DNA from: Thermoplasmatota archaeon
Lineage (GTDB): Archaea > Thermoplasmatota > Penumbrarchaeia > Penumbrarchaeales > Penumbrarchaeaceae
NCBI GenBank assembly: GCA_029762535.1
Contig: JARVGK010000003.1
Span: 64,001 to 128,000 of the forward strand
Direction: 5' to 3'
Length of the DNA stretch: 64,000 nt
Part shown: one piece after another, positions 57,668 through 64,000 of the stretch
Layout of the letters: each line of letters opens with the position of its first letter
Position numbering within the stretch: position 1 is the stretch's first letter
The notes under the pieces: model-generated
Told to the model about the DNA's origin: nothing
The model's input: only the letters and a program-made list of their open reading frames with translations
Databases searched by the model: none
Made by a program: the position numbers and the translations under genes

Positions 57668-58938
57668 CTCAGATTCCCTCCGTCGAAAAGGACCTCGAGC
57701 ACCGAATCGATCCGGAGCAGGACATCCTTCAATTTCGAGGCTTGGCGTTTGGAGATCCCTTCTCTTTCCAGTTCCTTCAAGCCCTCTTCGAGGGCGGTCA
57801 ATGCGCCTCCCACGTTCAGATCGTCGTCCATGTTCTCGGCGAAGCCTTTGGGCATGCCCTCTATGATCGATGTGTTACCGGGGAGGTCCGGACCATCTCC
57901 GGCCAGAAGGCCGCAGATGGATCCCCTGATCCCGTCGAGGCGCTCGCCGGAGCGCTCGAAGGCGTCGTACGTCATGTTCATCCTCCTACTGTAATGTCCC
58001 TCGATGAGGAAGAATCGGATGTGCCTCCGATCGTACCCTTTTTCTATGAGGTCCTCCGGATAGATGACGTTCCCGGCGCTCTTTGACATCTTCTTGCCGT
58101 CGACAAGCAGATGGGCCCCGTGCAGCCAGAACGGAGACAGCTCCTCACCGCTGTAACCTTCGACCACGGCGATGTTGTAATCATGATGCCTGATGAGGTT
58201 GTCCTCTCCCCCGCACCAGATGTCTATGGACGGGCCAAGTGTGTCGAGGACCATCGCCCCGTCCTGAACGTTCCATGAGGGCCTACCGGATCCCAGCTCC
58301 TCGTCCCAGCAGACCCTGTCCTCTTCGGAGCAGCCGTGCCAGAGTATGAAATCCCCCCTGTTCCACCGCATTCCCGGGTATGTGTCCTTTGAAAAGCGCA
58401 TCCTTCTTTTGGGCCATTCGTTCATGTCGAGCCCGTAGAGCCGCCCGAAGCCGGAGAACTTCAAAGGGTCGTAGAAGATGTCGTTCTTGTATCGGTAGGC
58501 CATTCCCTTTTTCAACAGCAACTTGATGATCTCTACGGAGCGCGGGACCGATCCCGAGGCGCGGGGCAGCATGTCCGGCATCCTCATCCGGAGCAGCTCC
58601 CATTCCCGGAGCATATCCTCCTCGTTCCTCCTGGTGAGCTCCGATACGTCCAGCTCCCTCTTCATCGACTCCAATATGGCCTTGTCCTCGACGTCCGTGA
58701 TGTTCATGGCGCGCTTGACCCTCATTCCTCTGTAGATGAGGTATCTGACGAGTATGTCCTCGAACAGGAACGTCCTGTAGTTACCGATGTGCGGCCTCTG
58801 ATATATCGAAGGCCCGCAGGTGAAGATCCTGACCTCGTTCCTGTGCTCGAAGGTCATCTTCTTCTTGCCCAGGCTATTGTGAAGGGTTAATCCCGTCCGC
58901 TCCATGTCCCGGCCATATACTGTCAGCTTATATCCCAT
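57664..58938 (-). CDS. Cysteinyl-tRNA synthetase paralog with altered active site and no anticodon-binding domain
   Basis: TCGPSIY, HIGN, NITDVEDK, DFILW, KMSKS and DDLN motifs; GRPSWNVQD in place of GRPGWHIEC. Confidence 0.8.
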   Translation of the reverse strand: MGYKLTVYGRDMERTGLTLHNSLGKKKMTFEHRNEVRIFTCGPSIYQRPHIGNYRTFLFEDILVRYLIYRGMRVKRAMNITDVEDKAILESMKRELDVSELTRRNEEDMLREWELLRMRMPDMLPRASGSVPRSVEIIKLLLKKGMAYRYKNDIFYDPLKFSGFGRLYGLDMNEWPKRRMRFSKDTYPGMRWNRGDFILWHGCSEEDRVCWDEELGSGRPSWNVQDGAMVLDTLGPSIDIWCGGEDNLIRHHDYNIAVVEGYSGEELSPFWLHGAHLLVDGKKMSKSAGNVIYPEDLIEKGYDRRHIRFFLIEGHYSRRMNMTYDAFERSGERLDGIRGSICGLLAGDGPDLPGNTSIIEGMPKGFAENMDDDLNVGGALTALEEGLKELEREGISKRQASKLKDVLLRIDSVLEVLFDGGNLR

Positions 58939-58957
58939 TCCCCTTGAATGATAGGGG

Positions 58958-61900
58958 TCACTCCTCCGAGTATGCGAGCCTTCTGCGAAGAAGGAGGAAA
59001 ACGATGGTGAGGAGCAGCATGACGGCGATTATCAGGACCGGGACCCATATCCACATGTCGGTCCTTTCAACACCCTCCTCCTCCGGAGGGACGATCTCCC
59101 TGGCGATGCATACGATGGGTACGGAACCTACCGTGTCGAGCCCCGTCCCGTCCATCACGATGTGTTCGAGGGTATACGTGCCCGGGGCGAAGGAGAGCTT
59201 GACCGAGGGATCCGTCGAGATGTTGACATCATCCAACCTCCACAGGTAGGTGAGCGAGGTCATGTCCGGGTCGAACGAATCCGACATGTCGAAGGTCACG
59301 TTCTCTCCCTCTTTCACTCTGATGAGGCCGCTCTCGTGGATGGTTCCGTTGATCCGCAGCACCATGACCGGCATCATGTCTATGACTAGGACCCTTGCCG
59401 AGGCGTTGTCGTAGAGCTCTCCGTCCCAGACCATGAGCCTGATGCTGTGAAGACCCGCCGGGAGCCTCATTGAGAACGTCGGCTCGACCGAACGGTGGAT
59501 CCCGTCCACGAACCATGAGTATTGAATTTCCGCCCCTTCGGGATCGAAGCTGCCCTCCGATTCGAACGTGACATATTCCATCACGCCGTAATGTGAGCCG
59601 TCAATGGGCGACGATATGTTCGCGACGGGAGGGAGGTTCACGGGAGGAGGGCGCTCGATCACCGAGACGATCACCGATGAAAAGCTGAACAGCTCCCCGT
59701 CGCTCACGTTGAGGGTCACGGTATGGTCCCCGATCGAGAGGAAGGTATCGAACTCCATCTCTTCCGAAAGGAGGCCGTCGATGGAACTGCTCCATGAGAA
59801 GGTTATGGGATCTCCGTCGATGTCATAGGACCCACCCCCGGAGAAGATGATCCTGGTGTCCGAGTAGAACACGGAGCCGGACGCCGGACTTGTGATGAAC
59901 GATGATGGGGGGTTGTTCCCGGGGACCACGCTGAAGGTGACAGTATCGGTCCCGTATCCACCCAGTCCGTCGGAGACGTTGAGGGAGACGTTGTGCGTGC
60001 CCGGAGCGAACCTCATCGAGAATCCGCTGGACAGCGATATTATCTCGTTCCGGTCCATGTCGGACCAGACGTATGTCAGGGGATCGCCGTCCGGGTCGAG
60101 GGTCCCCTCCGAGTAGAAGGATATGGATGTCCCCAGGAGGAACTTTTCCCCTTCGATGGGCGACGATATGTTCGCGACGGGAGGGGCGTTGCGGCGAACC
60201 ACGCTTATGTCGACCTTCGCCTTGGATGCGAATACGCCGTCATGGAACACCGTGAAGGTTATCGTGTGGTTCCTGATAGGCAGCGACATAGAGAACTCCA
60301 GCTCTTCGGAGATGGGTTCGAACAGGGCGCTGCTGGTCCAAAGGTAGGTAACGCGGTCACTTTCCCCCGGAAGGAGCCCTCCCGTGAACGTGATGGTCTC
60401 GTCCGAGTAATACGTCCCTGGAGACGGGCTCAGTATGATCGCGTCCGGGACCACGACAGCGGACTCGATGAGGACCCTCATCGATACGAAGGAGATCGTG
60501 TTCGGGGATAGGGCGCCTGCGACGATGTTGTAGCCGGGCCCGTCCAGGACCAGGGAGGCGTTCTTCCCCGGTTCCAGGAGTAGGATGTACGAGGGGATGA
60601 ATCCAAGACCGGAGCGGAACAGGGTGAGGTTCTCATCGTTGAGGACCATGACCGGAAGGGTCGAGGACCCGTTCCTTTCAAGGGTATTACCTCTCAACAG
60701 ATGGTCATCGAAGGACCTCGTTCGCTGCCGGAGATCGTTCAGTAACAGGGTGTAGCGAGCGTCCTGCCCCGAAGCGTTAACAGGCTCGTTCATGAACGGG
60801 AACATGGTCGAGTTCAGGGTCACGTTGTAAAAGTGGTCCTGTCCGATCCCCGCCAGCGGATAGGCTAGCGTCAGGGTGCCGGGTGTCTCGGGGTGGTCCC
60901 CAATGTGAGAGATGACCCTCACGTAGTAGTCGAAGTTGAAACCGACCTTGAAGGAGGCTGCCCCGGAAGCGTCAGTGGTATTGGCGATCAGCCCGATGCC
61001 GTAGGGGTTGTTGAAGGAGTCCTCCGTCCCGACGACGACAAGGGCGCCGTCAACTGGGATCCCGTGCGCGTCAAGGACGTTCACGGTCATGTTGGAGGTG
61101 AAGGTGTAAAGGGACGTCGCGTCGAAGACGGACCCGTCGGGATCCAGTGCGGAGAAGGCGGATACGGCTCCCGGGGATCCCTCCGCGAAGGGGTCGTCCA
61201 CCCTCCCGTCGTATGCGCGGATCAGGTGCCATCCGTCCTCGTAGAAATGGTTCCACGCATGCCATGTTCCGAAATCGACGACCTGCACTGCCGGGATCAG
61301 GGCGATCTTCAACGAGGCGGTCAGGAGATCCGAGTTCTCCCCGCACATCCCCCAGTGGTTCTTGTAATGGACGATCGGCTGCTTCGTCCTGTTGGCCTCC
61401 GGTGGGATCCCGAACTGGGGCATGACCTCCCGCTGCCAGCGGGCGGCAGCGCCGAGGGCCCCGTTGTCGTCAAGGTCGTTGACGTTCCCCTTCCAGAGAT
61501 ATGTCTGGTTCTTCAAATAGTCCTTCAGTATGGGATATCCTGGATCGTCCGTCATGTTGAATAGATGGCTCCTCCAGAAGGAGCCGTTCGCCCTGTCGGA
61601 GTGGGAGCGGGAGTCCGGATCGATGTATGATGGTAACTCCATCGTGTTGATGGGCGGGACCAGATACTTGTAGTAGATCTCGTGGGGGAGGGTCCTGTTT
61701 CCGCTCTGCAACCTGTATTCGACCGTGGACCTCTGCCCGTCGGCGTGGTCGGAATCGACGATCCTGACGTAGTCGAGATGGGCGTCCATAGAGTACATCG
61801 CGACGACGTTGTCGAGGAAGACCATCGGATCGACGAGCGGGTGGGAGAGGACCTCCTTGGGGGCGCTCGCTATGGAGAAGGCGATCTCGTCGATGTATTG

Positions 61901-62287
61901 TTTAGGTATGGACCCATCGTTGATGAGGGCGGAATATTTGGATCCGGTCGATGCGTCCAGAGAGAGCAGCTTCATGGTCAGGGAGGAGTTCAACCACTGA
62001 GGGGAACGCCTGACGGCGTCCTTGGAGGCGCCGTCCAGCAGTGAGAAGGGATCGAAGGCTGGTGAGACGGTCCTCTCGGTGCCATCGATCTCGATGATCA
62101 TGGGGTTGCCTGTATCGGCCCATGAGAGGACTTCGAACTCCTGCTCGACGTCCCAGACCACGCTCCAGCGTGAGAGAGGGGGATCCGATCCCGATGCGGG
62201 TGAGGAAGATCCTGTCATGAGCATGGAGAGGACCAAAGTTAACGATATCACCGATGCGATCCTGGAGTATATGCGAGATCGGGTCAT
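58958..62287 (-). CDS. Large surface protein with transglutaminase-like Cys-His core and tandem PKD domains
   Basis: GMCGENSDLL..L..ALIP and HAWNHFYEDGW; N.PP.A.I.SP and DPDGD.LTY.W repeats; C-terminal TM. Confidence 0.82.
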   Translation of the reverse strand: MTRSRIYSRIASVISLTLVLSMLMTGSSSPASGSDPPLSRWSVVWDVEQEFEVLSWADTGNPMIIEIDGTERTVSPAFDPFSLLDGASKDAVRRSPQWLNSSLTMKLLSLDASTGSKYSALINDGSIPKQYIDEIAFSIASAPKEVLSHPLVDPMVFLDNVVAMYSMDAHLDYVRIVDSDHADGQRSTVEYRLQSGNRTLPHEIYYKYLVPPINTMELPSYIDPDSRSHSDRANGSFWRSHLFNMTDDPGYPILKDYLKNQTYLWKGNVNDLDDNGALGAAARWQREVMPQFGIPPEANRTKQPIVHYKNHWGMCGENSDLLTASLKIALIPAVQVVDFGTWHAWNHFYEDGWHLIRAYDGRVDDPFAEGSPGAVSAFSALDPDGSVFDATSLYTFTSNMTVNVLDAHGIPVDGALVVVGTEDSFNNPYGIGLIANTTDASGAASFKVGFNFDYYVRVISHIGDHPETPGTLTLAYPLAGIGQDHFYNVTLNSTMFPFMNEPVNASGQDARYTLLLNDLRQRTRSFDDHLLRGNTLERNGSSTLPVMVLNDENLTLFRSGLGFIPSYILLLEPGKNASLVLDGPGYNIVAGALSPNTISFVSMRVLIESAVVVPDAIILSPSPGTYYSDETITFTGGLLPGESDRVTYLWTSSALFEPISEELEFSMSLPIRNHTITFTVFHDGVFASKAKVDISVVRRNAPPVANISSPIEGEKFLLGTSISFYSEGTLDPDGDPLTYVWSDMDRNEIISLSSGFSMRFAPGTHNVSLNVSDGLGGYGTDTVTFSVVPGNNPPSSFITSPASGSVFYSDTRIIFSGGGSYDIDGDPITFSWSSSIDGLLSEEMEFDTFLSIGDHTVTLNVSDGELFSFSSVIVSVIERPPPVNLPPVANISSPIDGSHYGVMEYVTFESEGSFDPEGAEIQYSWFVDGIHRSVEPTFSMRLPAGLHSIRLMVWDGELYDNASARVLVIDMMPVMVLRINGTIHESGLIRVKEGENVTFDMSDSFDPDMTSLTYLWRLDDVNISTDPSVKLSFAPGTYTLEHIVMDGTGLDTVGSVPIVCIAREIVPPEEEGVERTDMWIWVPVLIIAVMLLLTIVFLLLRRRLAYSEE

Positions 62288-62416
62288 CTGGAGGCACCCC
62301 TATGGTATAGAAAACCGTCTTCTGGTTAATATCATGTATGGTATGCCCTCTCCCGGGATCCCCCTATTTCACTTCTGATGGCAACATAAAAATAGATACC
62401 CTCCCATCGTGGGAGG

Positions 62417-63370
62417 ATGGCTCCCGAAAGATCGGATCCCACACTCGACGTCGAGATCTCCGGGATCCGCTTCCCCAACCCGCTCCTTCTCGCCTCCGGG
62501 ATCGCGGACGAGACCGGGCTCTCCATGGCCAAGGCCGTAGAGAGGGGAGCAGGAGGGGTGGTCACAAAATCGCTATCCCTTGATCTCCGGGAGGGACACC
62601 GCAACCCCGTGGTCGTGGACCTTCAAAACGGCATGATCAATGCCATGGGCCTGCCGAACCCGGGCGCCTCCCATTACATCCGCGAGATAGAGGAGTACCG
62701 CAGACACACATCGGGCAAGAACCCCATCATCGCCTCGGTGTTCGGGTCCACCATCGAGGGTTACGCCGAATGCGCAAGGACGATCGCCGCCTCGGGTGTG
62801 GACGCCATCGAGCTCAACGGCTCATGTCCCAACGCCGAAGGGCTGGGGCTGGAGTTCGGACAGGACCCCGACGTCATATCGGACCTCATCAAGGCCGTCA
62901 GGTCCGCTGTATCGATCCCTGTGTTCTTCAAACTCACACCCATGTGCAACGACATCGTGAAGCTCGCTTCGGCATGCCAGGATGCGGGAGCGGATGCCGT
63001 GGTCGCCATCAACACCATGAAGTCCATGAAGATCGACATACGCACGGGCAGGCCCGTGCTCACCAACAGGTTCGGTGGCCTCTCCGGACCCGCGATCAAG
63101 CCCGTTGGGGTCAGGTGCACCTATGAGATCGCTTCCCGGCTGGACATACCCGTGATATCGGTGGGAGGCATATCCAACTGGGAGGACGCGGTCGAGTACA
63201 TAATGGCCGGAGCGTCGGCGCTCCAGATCGGCACGGCCGTCGCATGGGGAAACCTCGACGTCTTCTCCCGGATACGCAGCGGGATCTCAGGTTTCATGAG
63301 GGCGGAGGGCTACTCCTCCCTCGAGGAGATGCGGGGGATCGCCCTGGAGGTGAAGAGATGGAGGTCCTGA
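62417..63370 (+). CDS. pyrD: Dihydroorotate dehydrogenase family 1B, catalytic subunit
   Basis: NPLLLASG, VVTKS, INAMGLPNPG, ELNGSCPN, KLTP, INT and GGLSGPAIKP. Confidence 0.95.
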   Translation: MAPERSDPTLDVEISGIRFPNPLLLASGIADETGLSMAKAVERGAGGVVTKSLSLDLREGHRNPVVVDLQNGMINAMGLPNPGASHYIREIEEYRRHTSGKNPIIASVFGSTIEGYAECARTIAASGVDAIELNGSCPNAEGLGLEFGQDPDVISDLIKAVRSAVSIPVFFKLTPMCNDIVKLASACQDAGADAVVAINTMKSMKIDIRTGRPVLTNRFGGLSGPAIKPVGVRCTYEIASRLDIPVISVGGISNWEDAVEYIMAGASALQIGTAVAWGNLDVFSRIRSGISGFMRAEGYSSLEEMRGIALEVKRWRS

Positions 63371-64000
63371 GGATCGATGAGATCAGATCAGAGTGCAGGT
63401 CCTCATCGACCCTGTTCGTCAGCCCCGATCCGGAGAAGTGGCCGGGTTTCGTACCGGGCCAGTTCGTCATGGTCTGGATCCCCGGCATTGACGAGGTGCC
63501 CATGTCCGTCTCGTACATCGATAAGGATCCCTTCAGGATCGGCATCACGGTCCAGGGCATAGGTGAGGCGACGGAATCCCTCAGGACCCTCCCCGTCGGA
63601 TCCCGCATCGGCATCAGGGGCCCCTACGGCAGAGGATTCGATCTCAGCGGAAAGAAGAGGCTCGTTGGAATATGCGGCGGTGTGGGGGCGGCCTCGATAG
63701 TCCTCGCATTGGAGAAGGCCAAGGACATTGGCAGGGAAATCGTTGTTCTATCAGGGTTCCGCTCGAAGGAGCTGGTCATGTTCGAGGACCGCTTCGGAAG
63801 GATCACGCCCGACACCCATATATCGACGGACGACGGGTCGTACGGGTTCCACGGCCTGGTCACGGACCTGCTCCGCAAAGAGCTCAAGATGAACGATGCG
63901 GAGCTCATCGCCTGCGGCCCGGAGATGATGATGAAAGTCGTCCTCGATATCGGCTCGGAGTTCGGGGTCCATTCGCAATGCTCCCTGGAGAGGTACATGA
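63358..64000 (+). CDS. pyrK: Dihydroorotate dehydrogenase electron-transfer subunit (3' truncated; not in the ORF track)
   Basis: Manual translation from ATG 63358 (GGAGGTGA RBS): PGQFVMVWIPGIDEVPMS, GIRGPYGRGF, GGVG, TDDGSYG, ACGPEMMM and SLERYM. Confidence 0.92.
   Translation, partial: MEVLRIDEIRSECRSSSTLFVSPDPEKWPGFVPGQFVMVWIPGIDEVPMSVSYIDKDPFRIGITVQGIGEATESLRTLPVGSRIGIRGPYGRGFDLSGKKRLVGICGGVGAASIVLALEKAKDIGREIVVLSGFRSKELVMFEDRFGRITPDTHISTDDGSYGFHGLVTDLLRKELKMNDAELIACGPEMMMKVVLDIGSEFGVHSQCSLERYM

Noticed and set aside
57664-58938. Assigning the symbol cysS
   Set aside because: Two Zn-ligand positions are substituted and the anticodon-binding domain is missing
1-64000. Transposase, integrase or prophage genes
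   Set aside because: No ORF with recognisable DDE, tyrosine/serine recombinase or viral structural motifs was seen

Overview
This window is archaeal chromosomal DNA (A-type ATPase subunit A, TFB, pantoate kinase, TATA-type promoters). It probably comes from an uncultured, protein-degrading Thermoplasmatota lineage; that placement is inferred from gene content. It holds about 52 genes: housekeeping genes (atpA end, coaBC, pantoate kinase, tfb, 2-oxoacid dehydrogenase E1a/E1b/E2, pyrD-pyrK), several very large membrane-anchored surface proteins, peptide uptake and degradation genes, an AbiEi/AbiEii pair, a Fic protein and tRNA-Leu(CAG). Four observations stand out. (1) A complete bacterial-type olefin/beta-lactone cluster (19.6-25.1 kb) sits in this archaeon: oleB-oleC-oleD plus a two-subunit OleA/KAS-III pair resembling lipstatin LstAB, whose second subunit has lost the catalytic Cys/His but keeps the trans-acting Glu. 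(2) Next to it, tRNA-Leu is preceded by a 161-bp tandem repeat built from its own 5' end, three hairpins and an antisense copy of its D-arm region. (3) Two paralogous ~72-nt stem-loop elements with matching TATA-containing flanks surround a C39-peptidase gene. (4) A CysRS paralog has altered Zn ligands and no anticodon-binding domain. All calls come from motif recognition by eye; no searches were run.
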